DNA from: Nitrospiraceae bacterium
GTDB taxonomy: Bacteria; Nitrospirota; Nitrospiria; Nitrospirales; Nitrospiraceae
Length of the DNA: 64,000 nt
Direction: 5' to 3'
Assembly (NCBI GenBank): GCA_050246315.1
Contig: JBFWWG010000001.1
Location: forward strand, 544,001 to 608,000
A model generated the notes under the pieces. It searched no databases. It had not been told where the DNA came from and saw nothing but the letters and a program-made list of their open reading frames with translations. A program made the translations under genes and the position numbers. This document shows positions 52,565 through 63,500 of the stretch, piece by piece (positions within the stretch are counted from its first letter, which is position 1; each line of letters starts with the position of its first letter).

Positions 52565-53770
52565 ATGGCCGATACGATTCTCGTTGTCAACGCCGGCTCC
52601 TCCAGCATCAAGTTCTCCGTCTATACCATCGGCGAGGAGTCAGCCCTTTCGCTGACCGTGAAGGGTCAAGTGGACGGGATCGGCACCCGCCCGCGCCTGC
52701 GGGCACGTGACGGCGGCGGGGGGCCGCTGGTCGATCAGCAGTACCCCGTTGCGGACATCCCGGACGTGGCGATCGCCATGGGATGCGTCGGCGCGTGGCT
52801 CCGCGAGCACTTGGCCGGGGCGGTGCCGGTAGCCGTTGGGCATCGGGTGGCCCACGGAGGTCCAGACTACCGGGCGCCGGTGGCGGTGAACCATGAGATC
52901 CTGGCTGCCCTGGAACGCCTGGTCCCGCTTGCTCCCATGCACCAGCCGTTCAATCTTCGTCCCATCCGGACGATCCAAGAGCGCTTCCCCCGTACGGTGC
53001 AGGTAGCCTGTTTCGATACGGGTTTTCACAGAGGCCACCGCGACGTAGCGGACCGGTTCGCCATCTCGGACGCTCTCTATCAAGAAGGGGTTCGTCGCTA
53101 CGGGTTCCACGGCCTGTCCTACGAATACATCGCGCGAGCGCTCCCCAGCGTGGCCCCCGAGATTGCTCAGGGGTCCGTGGTGGTGGCTCACTTGGGCAGC
53201 GGCGCGAGCATGTGCGCCATCAAGGGCGGGCAGAGTGTGGACAGCACGATGGCCTTCACGGGCCTGGACGGTCTTCCGATGGGGACGCGCTGCGGCCAGA
53301 TCGATCCCGGCGTGCTGCTGTACCTTGTCGCTGAAAAGGGGTACGGAGCCAAGGAGCTGGAACGATTTCTCTATCACGAAACCGGGCTACGAGGACTCTC
53401 GGGCATCAGCAACGACGTGCGCGATCTGCTGGCCAGCGAAGACCCACGGGCGCGGCTCGCTCTCGATTACTTCGTCTACCGGGTCACGAAGGAACTGGGC
53501 GCCCTGGCGGCCGCCATGCAGGGCATCGATGCGCTGGTCCTCACAGCGGGCATCAGCGAGAATTCTCCCGACATGCGGGCCCGCATCTGTCGAGGTGCCG
53601 CGTGGCTGGGCCTCCGACTGGACGAGGCCGCCAACCGTGCGGGTGGCCCGCGCATTTCGACGCGGGACTCGAAGGTCTCGGCCTGGGTCATTCCAACGGA
53701 CGAGGAACGGATGATTGCCGAACATACCCTGACGGTCTACCGGGAGCAGGCCGTGCCATTTCCTGCGTAA
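52565..53770 (+). CDS. ackA: Acetate/propionate kinase
   Basis: NAGSSSIK, GHRVAHGG, FDTGFH, YGFHGLSY, HLGSGAS, IPTDEE. Confidence 0.95.
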   Translation: MADTILVVNAGSSSIKFSVYTIGEESALSLTVKGQVDGIGTRPRLRARDGGGGPLVDQQYPVADIPDVAIAMGCVGAWLREHLAGAVPVAVGHRVAHGGPDYRAPVAVNHEILAALERLVPLAPMHQPFNLRPIRTIQERFPRTVQVACFDTGFHRGHRDVADRFAISDALYQEGVRRYGFHGLSYEYIARALPSVAPEIAQGSVVVAHLGSGASMCAIKGGQSVDSTMAFTGLDGLPMGTRCGQIDPGVLLYLVAEKGYGAKELERFLYHETGLRGLSGISNDVRDLLASEDPRARLALDYFVYRVTKELGALAAAMQGIDALVLTAGISENSPDMRARICRGAAWLGLRLDEAANRAGGPRISTRDSKVSAWVIPTDEERMIAEHTLTVYREQAVPFPA

Positions 53771-53822
53771 GGCTCGAATAACGGCGCAGTCCTCACGGCC
53801 ACGACGGCATCCAACGCTTGCC

Positions 53823-53872
53823 CCTCAGCTCTGAGTCCTCAGTACTGATCCCTCAGTACGTAGCCTCAGCAC
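53823..53872. repeat. Degenerate heptamer array upstream of the R-M locus
   Basis: CCTCAGC TCTGAGT CCTCAGT ACTGATC CCTCAGT ... CCTCAGC. Confidence 0.6.
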
Positions 53873-54064
53873 GTCCAGTTCCGACGACCCTCGTCGGCAA
53901 GTGGCTTGAACGTGCCTTCCCGCTGCAGATCGGCTTGATCCATTCGAACACGGCGAGCAAGACGCGTCGTTCCCCTCCCAAGTCTGGATGCTTTCCATAA
54001 TGGAAACGGGTATTCTTCGGCGGCAAAGGCGGCGGGGTTTCGTCGTCCATGGGAAGAATGTGGC

Positions 54065-56047
54065 ATGAGTAACGGCGATCTGAACTGGATTGCGAACTTT
54101 ATTTGGGGGATCGCGGACGATGTGCTCCGCGACCTGTACGTCCGAGGCAAGTATCGGGATGTCATTCTGCCGATGATCGTCTTGCGGCGGCTCGACGCGC
54201 TGCTGGAGCCGACGAAGCAGGCCGTGCTCGACATGAAGGCCTCGCTCGATAAGGCCAAGATCGTCCATCAGGATCAAGCGCTCAGGCAGGCCGCAGGCCA
54301 CGCGTTCTATAACACCTCCAAGTTCACGCTTCGGGATCTCAAGACGCGGTCGAGTCAGCAACAGCTCAAGGCCGACTTCGAGGCCTATCTGGATGGCTTC
54401 TCGCCGAATGTCCAGGACATTCTCGACAAGTTCGAGTTTCGCAATCAGGTCCCGCGTCTCTCCAAAGCCGACGCCCTCGGCACGTTGATCAACAAATTTC
54501 TGTCGCCGGACATCAACCTGAGTCCGAATCCCGTCAAGCACAACGATGGGTCAGTCAAGCATCCAGGCCTCGACAATCACGCAATGGGAACCATCTTCGA
54601 GGAGCTGGTCCGTCGTTTCAATGAGGAGAACAACGAAGAGGCCGGCGAGCATTGGACGCCGCGCGATGCCGTGAAGCTGATGGCGAAGCTGATCTTCCTG
54701 CCGATCGCCGACCAGATTCAGTCGGGCACCTACCTCCTTTACGACGGGGCCTGCGGGACCGGCGGCATGCTCACCGTAGCGGAAGACACGCTACAACAAC
54801 TGGCGGCCGACCATAAGAAGAAAGTCGCCACGCATCTCTATGGACAGGAGATCAACGCGGAGACCTATGCCATCGCGAAGGCCGACCTGTTGCTGAAAGG
54901 CGAAGGCGAAGCGGCGGACAACATTGTCGGTGGGCCGGAGCATTCGACTCTTTCCAACGATGCCTTTCCCTCCCGCGAGTTCGACTTCATGCTCTCAAAC
55001 CCACCCTACGGCAAGAGCTGGAAGAGCGATCTCGAACGGATGGGCGGCAAGGAGGGCATGAAAGACCCTCGGTTTGTGATTCAGCACGCAGGAGACGCCG
55101 AGTATTCGCTCATCACCCGATCCAGCGACGGCCAGATGTTGTTCCTTGCGAACATGCTTTCGAAGATGAAACACAGGACCAAGCTCGGTAGCCGGATCGC
55201 CGAGGTGCACAATGGCTCGTCGCTCTTCACCGGCGATGCCGGCCAGGGCGAGAGCAACATCCGCCGCTGGATCATCGAGAACGACTGGCTGGAAGCCATC
55301 GTCGCCCTGCCCCTCAACATGTTCTACAACACCGGCATCGCGACCTATATCTGGGTGCTCACCAACCGGAAGCCGGACCGTCGCAAGGGCAAGGTGCAGC
55401 TCATCGATGCCGCCCAGTGGTTCAAGCCGCTGCGCAAGAACCTCGGTAAAAAGAACTGCGAAATATCGGACGACGACATCCAGCGGATCTGCGAGACGTT
55501 CCTCGATTTCAAAGAAACCGGGCAGTCCAAGATATTTCGCAACGAAACTTTCGGCTATTGGAAAGTGACGGTCGAACGGCCGCTGCGGCTGAAGGGGATT
55601 GATCCCCACCGTGTATACAGTCCGAAAGAGATCAAGGCGCTTAGGGAAACCTCTGAGCGAGGCGAGAGCGCGCCGCCGGTCATCAAGAAGATTCATAAGA
55701 AAGGCACGCCAGCCGACCCGTTGCGCGGCCTGTTCGAGGCAACGATCAACGGCAAGCCCTGTGTCGTCGAATACGAGCCTGACACAGAGCTTCGTGATAC
55801 CGAGCAGATCCCGCTACTGGAAGAAGGCGGCATCGAAGCCTTCATCCGCCGTGAAGTGCTGCCCCATGTCCCCGACGCCTGGTACGACCAGGAAAGCGTC
55901 AAGACCGGCTACGAGATCAGCTTCACCCGTTACTTCCACAAGCCGCAGCCGCTGCGATCCCTCGAAGAAATCAGAACCGACATCCTGGCGTTGGAGAAGG
56001 AAACCGAGGGGCTGCTGGGCGACATCATCGGCGGAAACGGACGATGA
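54065..56047 (+). CDS. hsdM: Type I R-M methyltransferase subunit
   Basis: FIWGIADD, GEHWTPR, YDGACGTGGML, NPPY. Confidence 0.96.
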   Translation: MSNGDLNWIANFIWGIADDVLRDLYVRGKYRDVILPMIVLRRLDALLEPTKQAVLDMKASLDKAKIVHQDQALRQAAGHAFYNTSKFTLRDLKTRSSQQQLKADFEAYLDGFSPNVQDILDKFEFRNQVPRLSKADALGTLINKFLSPDINLSPNPVKHNDGSVKHPGLDNHAMGTIFEELVRRFNEENNEEAGEHWTPRDAVKLMAKLIFLPIADQIQSGTYLLYDGACGTGGMLTVAEDTLQQLAADHKKKVATHLYGQEINAETYAIAKADLLLKGEGEAADNIVGGPEHSTLSNDAFPSREFDFMLSNPPYGKSWKSDLERMGGKEGMKDPRFVIQHAGDAEYSLITRSSDGQMLFLANMLSKMKHRTKLGSRIAEVHNGSSLFTGDAGQGESNIRRWIIENDWLEAIVALPLNMFYNTGIATYIWVLTNRKPDRRKGKVQLIDAAQWFKPLRKNLGKKNCEISDDDIQRICETFLDFKETGQSKIFRNETFGYWKVTVERPLRLKGIDPHRVYSPKEIKALRETSERGESAPPVIKKIHKKGTPADPLRGLFEATINGKPCVVEYEPDTELRDTEQIPLLEEGGIEAFIRREVLPHVPDAWYDQESVKTGYEISFTRYFHKPQPLRSLEEIRTDILALEKETEGLLGDIIGGNGR

Positions 56048-57165
56048 GCGCGAAAAAGACGGTCTCCAAAACCAAGCCGAGAGCCATGGGAGCCGTGTCT
56101 GATGCGCTGCTGACGGAGGTACGCCACCTCGTCGTCGAAGCCCGCCAGCAGACCGCCCGCATGGTCAACGCCGGTCTGACGCTCCTCTATTGGCAGGTCG
56201 GCAGCCGGATCCGGCGGGAACTTCTCAAGGAGAAGCGGGCAGACTATGGTGAGCGGATGGTTTCTTCGCTGGGAAGGCAATTAGAATCCGAGTTTGGAAA
56301 GGGGTTCGCGGAAAAGAACCTCCGGCGCATGATCCAGTTCGCCGAGGTCTTTCCGAACCGCGAAATTGTCGTATCGCTGATACGACAATTGACCTGGACC
56401 CATTTCATCGCTCTGATCCCGCTCAAAGATCCCTTGCAGCGCGACTTCTACGCAGAGATGTGCCGAGTGGAACATTGGAGCGTCCGGACGTTGCGCTCCC
56501 GCATCGACAGCATGCTCTTTGAGCGGACAGCCCTCTCCAAGAAGCCGGACCAACTCATCCAGAAGGAACTGAAGGCCCTTCGGGATGAAGACCGACTTAC
56601 CCCGGATCTCGTGTTCCGCGACCCCTACGTGCTCGACTTCCTCGGTCTCAGGGACACCTACAGCGAGAAGGATCTGGAGAATGCGTTGCTGCGGGAGATC
56701 GAATCGTTCCTCTTGGAACTGGGCGCCGGGTTCGCATTTGTCGAGCGCCAGAAGCGCATCACCCTGGACGGGGAGGACTATTACATCGATCTGCTCTTCT
56801 ATCACCGGCGGCTGCAGCGGCTGGTGGTCATCGAACTGAAGATCGGCGACTTCAAACCCGCCGACGCCGGCCAGATGGAACTGTACCTGCGCTGGATCGA
56901 CCGCCACGAGCGGCAGGAGGGCGAAGACACGCCTCTCGGCCTCATCCTCTGCGCCGGCAAGAAGCGCGAGACGGTCGAGGTGCTCGAACTTGAACCGCGA
57001 GGCATCCATGTCGCCGAGTACCTGACCGAACTGCCACCGCGGGAACTGCTCGCGCGACGCCTACACGACGCCGTCGCGCGCGCCCGACTGCGGATCGAGG
57101 AGCGGGCGGCGCACGAGGCCCCGGCAAGGTCCGCTTCTGATCGCAGGAAGAAGAGCCCCAAGTGA
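56044..57165 (+). CDS. YhcG/DUF1016 PD-(D/E)xK nuclease-family protein
   Basis: LYWQVG, LTWTHF, WSVRTL, RDPYVLDFL, IDLLFYH..VIELK, GQMELY. Confidence 0.92.
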   Translation: MSAKKTVSKTKPRAMGAVSDALLTEVRHLVVEARQQTARMVNAGLTLLYWQVGSRIRRELLKEKRADYGERMVSSLGRQLESEFGKGFAEKNLRRMIQFAEVFPNREIVVSLIRQLTWTHFIALIPLKDPLQRDFYAEMCRVEHWSVRTLRSRIDSMLFERTALSKKPDQLIQKELKALRDEDRLTPDLVFRDPYVLDFLGLRDTYSEKDLENALLREIESFLLELGAGFAFVERQKRITLDGEDYYIDLLFYHRRLQRLVVIELKIGDFKPADAGQMELYLRWIDRHERQEGEDTPLGLILCAGKKRETVEVLELEPRGIHVAEYLTELPPRELLARRLHDAVARARLRIEERAAHEAPARSASDRRKKSPK

Positions 57166-58604
57166 TCCACGCCCTCAAACCCTATCCGGTCTACAAGGAC
57201 TCCGGCGTGCCGTGGCTGGGGGAGGTGCCGGAGAAGTGGAATGTCTTGCCTGCCCTGGCAGTGTACAAGCCAAGGCAAGTGAAGAACACGGGCATGCTGG
57301 AGAAGACGGTGCTCTCCCTCAGTTATGGCCGCATCATTGTGAAGCCGTCGGAGAAGCTGCACGGGTTAGTACCAGAATCCTTCGAGACCTACCAAATCGT
57401 CGATGCAGGCAATATCGTTGTTCGCACAACCGATCTGCAGAACGACCAGACAAGCTTACGGGTAGGCCACTGCAATGACCGTGGCATTATCACATCGGCA
57501 TACATGTGTTTAGAAACGAAGGATCAGGTTTCGAATGAGTTCGGCTACCAGTTCCTCAATGCCTATGACCTCCTCAAGATCATCTATGGCTTCGGCTCAG
57601 GACTACGTCAGAATTTAGACTTCGTAGATATCAAACGTATGCCGGTTCTTGTCCCGCCAAAGGACGAACAATCCGCCATCGTCCGCTTTCTCGACCATGC
57701 GGACCGGCGGATCAGGCGCTACATCCGCGCCAAGCAGAAACTGATCAAGCTGCTGGAGGAACAGAAACAGGCCATCATCCACCGCGCCGTCACCCGCGGG
57801 CTTGATCCCAATGTCCGCCTCAAACCATCTGGTGTGGAGTGGCTCGGCGATGTGCCGGAGCATTGGGAGGTGAGGAAACTCGGACAGATCACGGTTTCGT
57901 TTAGAACCGGTCCTTTCGGCAGCATTCTGCACCAGACCGACTATGTTGAGGGAGGTACTCCGGTCATAAATCCAACACACATGGCCGGGGGAAGGATCAT
58001 CGAGGACACACACTGTGGTGTACCGCCCACTGTGAGAGACGTACTGATTAACTACAGGTTGGAACTGCACGATCTCATTTTTGCGAGGCGAGGCCAGCTA
58101 GGGCGATGTGCTCTTGTGAGAGAGCGAGAAGTGGGATGGCTCTGCGGTACTGGCAGCATCCGAGTTCGTGTCAGTTACACAGGAATCGAGCCGGAATATC
58201 TCATCCAGTTACTGCAGGTCCGATGGGTTGGTGAGTACCTGTCGCTGTTCTCTGTAGGTGCAACAATGGACAGCCTTAACACCGGCATCCTCAAGCGAGT
58301 TCCTTTACTTCTGCCACCTGTCAAGGAACAGCGTGCAATTCTTGCGGGTATTGCCGAGGAACGCCGGTTCATTGATAGTGCAGTAGCAGATACCCATCGC
58401 GAAATTGCCCTCATTCGTGAATACCGCACCCGCCTCATTGCCGACGTGGTGACCGGCAAGCTCGATGTGCGAGAGGCAGCGGCCAAGCTACCGGATGAGA
58501 CCGACGAGCCTGAATCGTTCGATGAGGCGGATGCGCCTTTGGAGGATGACAACAATGCTGAGGATGCTGACCTTGATGTCGCCACCGATGAGGCCGAGGC
58601 GTGA
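57162..58604 (+). CDS. hsdS: Type I R-M specificity subunit
   Basis: Repeated conserved KDSGVPWLGEVP / KPSGVEWLGDVP regions, PP..EQ helices, two variable TRDs; acidic tail. Confidence 0.95.
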   Translation: MIHALKPYPVYKDSGVPWLGEVPEKWNVLPALAVYKPRQVKNTGMLEKTVLSLSYGRIIVKPSEKLHGLVPESFETYQIVDAGNIVVRTTDLQNDQTSLRVGHCNDRGIITSAYMCLETKDQVSNEFGYQFLNAYDLLKIIYGFGSGLRQNLDFVDIKRMPVLVPPKDEQSAIVRFLDHADRRIRRYIRAKQKLIKLLEEQKQAIIHRAVTRGLDPNVRLKPSGVEWLGDVPEHWEVRKLGQITVSFRTGPFGSILHQTDYVEGGTPVINPTHMAGGRIIEDTHCGVPPTVRDVLINYRLELHDLIFARRGQLGRCALVREREVGWLCGTGSIRVRVSYTGIEPEYLIQLLQVRWVGEYLSLFSVGATMDSLNTGILKRVPLLLPPVKEQRAILAGIAEERRFIDSAVADTHREIALIREYRTRLIADVVTGKLDVREAAAKLPDETDEPESFDEADAPLEDDNNAEDADLDVATDEAEA

Positions 58605-60274
58605 GCGCCAGCAGCTTCATCGCGCTTGTGGATCGCCTGCGAGACTTACCGGCGGAAACGGAGTGGTGTGAGTTCAAACGCAATAACTACGAAGCGCAGC
58701 AGCTTGGTGAATATCTGTCGGCCCTAGCCAACGCCGCCTGTCTGTCGGGCCAACCGCAAGGGTATCTTGTCTTCGGCATCGATGACGAGACGCACGAAAT
58801 CGTGGGGACTGAGTTCGATCCCTATACTACGAAGGCTAAGGGGAACCAAGACCTGCTTCCGTGGCTGGCAGGGGGACTTCGGCCCAACACCGGTTTTGAG
58901 CCACGTATCGTCGAACACCCCCAGGGTCGTGTCGTCCTGTTTGAGATCGGTCCAGCACGCGATCAGCCGGTGCGTTTCTATGACGAAGCGTTCGTCCGTG
59001 TTGGCTCAAGCAAGACAGAACTGAGCAAACACCCTGAGAAGGCGCGAGCCATCTGGACGCGCGGGTGTGATTGGTCATCCGGCGTGAGCGATAGTGCCAC
59101 CCTGATGGATCTCGATCCGGAAGCGGTCGCGAAGGCGCGTGAACAATTCGTCGTCAAGCGTCCCGGCCAGGCGCAAGAGGTGTCAGGGTGGAACGATGCG
59201 ACGTTCCTCAATAAGGCAAAGGTGCTCAAGCAAGGTGCGGTGACGCAGACCGCTCTGCTTTTGCTCGGGCGTGCGGAATCGGCCGCGGTACTTTCACCGG
59301 CGATCGCCAAGATTTCCTGGATCTTGAAGGATACAGATAACCGTGAACTGGACTATGAGCACTTCGGTCCTCCGTTCATCCTGGCCGGAGACCGCCTGCT
59401 CAAGCGAATCCGCAATCTGATGGTGAGGGCGCTGCCCAGCGGGACACTCTTCCCGCAGGAGATCACTCAGTACGATCCTTGGGTGATCCGCGAGGCTCTG
59501 CACAATTGTATTGCCCATCAAGACTATGGGCTCCACGGACGTGTCGTCGTTGTCGAATACCCGGACCGGGTCATTTTGACCAATGTCGGCGATTTCTTGC
59601 CCGGTGATGTCGACACGGTCATCCGGTAAAACGCGCCACAGGCCATCTATCGGAATCCGTTTCTGGCTGATGCCATGGTTGCGCTCAACATGATTGATAC
59701 GCAAGGCGGGGGTATCAAACGCATGTTCGAGACTCAGCGGAAGCGCTCCTTCCCCCTGCCGGACTATGATTTGAGCGATCCTGCCCATGTCACGGTGACG
59801 ATCAGCGGGCGGATCCTCGATGAACGCTACACCAGACTCATGATGGAGCGAACGGACCTCAATCTTGAACAGGTCATCCTCCTCGATCGGGTGCAGAAAA
59901 AGAAGCCGATCAGCAAAGACGAACACCGGCACTTGAAAGTTGCTGGGCTTGTTGAGGGCCGCTACCCAAGCCTCATGGTCGCTGGGGCTGTAGCGAAGGT
60001 GACTGGTGAGATGGGGCGGCATATCAGGGAACGTGGATTCAGCAAACAATACTACCTGGACCTGATCCTGGCGCTGTTGCGTGAGCATGGCCCAGTCGAC
60101 CGGGCTGCTGTGGACGATGTGCTGCTCTCGAAGCTGCCGGATCGTCTAACCTCTACACAGAAACAGCGAAAAGTTCACAATCTTTTACAGGAACTCAGGC
60201 GGTCGGGCATCATTGCAAACAGAGGCACTCGGGCGGATCCCAAATGGACGTTGGTCGGAGCAGCAGAGGAATAA
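58601..60274 (+). pseudogene. Schlafen/AlbA_2 + RecG_C-like HATPase + HTH protein interrupted by one in-frame TAA
   Basis: EWCEFK, SALAN, YLVFGIDD, IREALHNCIAHQDY; TAA at 59627-59629, then the same frame continues (NAPQAIYRNPFLADAMVALNMIDTQGGGI) to 60274. Confidence 0.85.
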
Positions 60275-60557
60275 GCAAAGAGATTCTTTTGGAAAACATA
60301 GGGCTATTCAGGTCGGCAGCGTATAACTTTTTGATAAATCAGGGTCTCTTTCTTTGCTAACCATTCTGAGTATTGACGTGCTAGCAAAGGGATTAGCAAA
60401 GGAGTCGCTGTATGGTCGAAGTCGGATCGGAATCATGTTGCTTGACGGTTGCTTGATTAGAGAGGGTGTCATATGCGGATCTTGGTGTGCGGCTCCTTTG
60501 AAATCAATGGGTAAGAGGCTGCTCGTTACTTGATGGGTACTTGATTAGAGGCTTGGC

Positions 60558-63500
60558 GTGAGCACCGACACCAGCGAACGGGGTTTTGAGACTCTGATCG
60601 TCGAGGCGATGGCGGGTCGGCCATCTGGCGAGCCGCCTCCTCCCGCCGAGGGCATTGGTCTGATTCGGCCTCGGTACGGCGGAACCGGATGGATCCCCGG
60701 CCAAGCCCAAGACTACGACCGCGAGTTCTGCGTCGATCTTCCGCAGCTCCGGACTTTCCTCCAGGCCACCCAGCCGAACATAGCAGAGGCGTTGGATCTC
60801 ACCAGCGATAGCCCCACTCGCCGCAAGTTCCTGGCTCGACTTCAAGGGGAGATTTCCAAGCGGGGCGTGATCGACGTGCTCCGGCATGGGGTTAAGGACG
60901 GTCCACACCATATCGACCTGTTCTTCGGCACGCCTTCCCCAGGCAATGAGAAGGCCGGCGCACTCTATGCGGCCAACCGGTTCTCCGTCACCAGGCAGCT
61001 TCGCTATAGCCGTGACGAGATGCAACGGGCTCTTGACCTCGCGCTCTTCATCAACGGCCTGCCGATCGCGACCTTCGAACTGAAGAACAGCCTGACCAAG
61101 CAGACGGTTGAAGACGCGGTGGAGCAGTACAAGCGCGATCGCGATCCCCGAGAGAAGCTCTTCGAGTTCGGCCGCTGCGTCGTGCACTTCGCCGTGGACG
61201 ATCATGAAGTGCGCTTCTGCACGCATCTGAAAGGGAAAGGGTCGTGGTTTCTTCCCTTCAATCAAGGCTGGAACGATGGGACCGGCAATCCGCCAAATCC
61301 CCACGGCATCAAGACCGATTACCTCTGGAGGACGATCCTCACCCGTGAGGGTCTGACCGACATCTTGGAGAACTATGCGCAGGTCGTCGAGGAAAGGAAT
61401 GAAAAGACGGGCCGCATGAAGTCGGTCCAAATCTGGCCGCGCTTTCATCAGCTCGATGTGGTACGCAAGCTGCTTGCTGCCGCGCGGCAGCATGGCGCTG
61501 GCCGGCGCTACTTGATCCAACACTCGGCCGGCAGCGGCAAATCCAACTCCATCGCCTGGCTTAGCCATCAACTTATCGGACTGCACAAAGCGGATACGTT
61601 GACCTTTGACTCGATCATCGTCGTGACCGATCGAAAGATCCTCGATAGGCAGATTCGCGACACGATCAAACAATTCGCCCAAGTCGGTGCGACCGTGGGG
61701 CATGCCGAACACTCCGGAGATCTGCGCCAGTTCATTGCCGAGGGCAAGAAGATCATCATCTCCACGGTGCAGAAGTTTCCGTTCATCCTGGATGAGATCG
61801 GGAGCGAGAAACGGGGCCGCTCGTTCGCCATCATCATCGACGAGGCCCATTCGAGCCAGGGCGGTCGCACGTCCGCCGCGCTCAGCATGGCGCTCTCGAC
61901 AGCCGGGGCCGAGGAGGATGACGAAACCATCGAGGATACAATCAACCGGCTCATGGAAGTCAAGAAGCTCCTGCCGAACGCGAGCTACTTCGCCTTTACT
62001 GCCACGCCCAAGAACAAGACATTGGAGATTTTCGGTGAGGCGCTGCCTCCCGACGCGGAAGGGAAGGTCCGCCACCGTCCCTTCCATAGCTATACGATGA
62101 AGCAGGCGATTCAGGAAGGCTTCATCCTCGACGTCCTCAAGCATTACACGCCGGTCGAGAGCTACTACAAACTGGTCAAGAAAGTGGAGGGAGATCCGGA
62201 GTTCGATACGAAACGGGCCAAGAAGAAGCTGCGCCGCTATGTCGAAAGTCATGACCATGCCATTAGACTCAAGGCCGAAATCATGGTGGACCATTTCCAT
62301 GAACAGGTGCTGGCGCTCAACAAGGTCGGCGGGCAGGCCAGGGCCATGGTCGTGACCAGCGGCATTGAGCGGGCCATTCAATACTTCCACGCCTTCGGTG
62401 ACTATTTGGCCGAACGCAAGAGCCCCTACAAGCCCACTGTCGCCTTCTCGGGCGAACATGAGTACGGCGGCGCAAAGGTTACGGAGGCTTCGCTCAACGG
62501 CTTCCCGTCGAGTCAGATTGCGGACAAGATCCAGGAAGATCCGTACCGGTTTCTGATCTGTGCCGACAAATTTCAAACCGGCTACGACGAACCGCTGCTC
62601 CATACGATGTACGTGGACAAGATCCTCTCCGGCATCAAAGCTGTGCAAACGCTCTCGCGGCTTAACCGCGCCCATCCGCAGAAGCACGACGTGTTCGTGC
62701 TCGACTTTATGAACGACAGCGAGACGATCCAGGAGGCGTTTGCCGACTACTACCGCGCGACAATTCTTTCGGAAGAGACCGATCCTAATAAGTTGCATGA
62801 TCTCAAGGCCGCACTCGACGGCTATCAGGTCTATGCGCCTGCTCAGACTGAACAGCTCGTGACGCTGTATCTTGGTGGCGCCGATCGAGACAAGCTCGAT
62901 CCGATTCTCGACGCCTGCGTGGCTGTCTACACAGAGCAATTGGGCGAAGATGGTCAGGTGGATTTCAAGGGTAAAGCCAAAGCGTTCCTACGCGCGTACG
63001 GCTTCCTCTCTTCAATTTTGCCCTACACCAACGCGGACTGGGAAAGGCTGTCGATCTTCCTCAATTTTCTTGTCCCCAAGTTGCCGGCGCCGAAGGAAGA
63101 GGATCTGTCCAAAGGCATCCTCGAAGCCATCGACATGGACAGCTATCGCGTTGAGAAAAAGGCCGCGATGAAGATTCAGTTGCCGGACGAGAACGCCGAG
63201 ATCGAGCCGGTCCCCATGACCGGAGGAGGGAGCAAGGCCGAGCCAGAGTTGGATCGGCTCTCCAACATCCTGAAGTCCTTCAATGATCAATTCGGCAACA
63301 TCCCCTGGACCGACGCCGACCGGGTGCACAAGCTCATCACCGAAGACATCCCGAACCGCGTAGCGGCCGATACGGCCTACCAAAATGCCAAACAGAACTC
63401 GGACAGGCAGAACGCCCGCATCGAGCACGACAAGGCGCTGGCCAGAGTGATGACCGCCGTGCTCAAGGACGACACCGAACTGTTCAAGCAATTCATGGAC

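Noticed and set aside
59627..59629. Programmed readthrough or recoding
   Set aside because: The codon is TAA (not TGA/TAG) and other genes here use TAA as a normal stop; a point mutation or error is simpler
60504..62939. 811-aa minus-strand ORF
   Set aside because: Antisense shadow of hsdR; no recognisable domain
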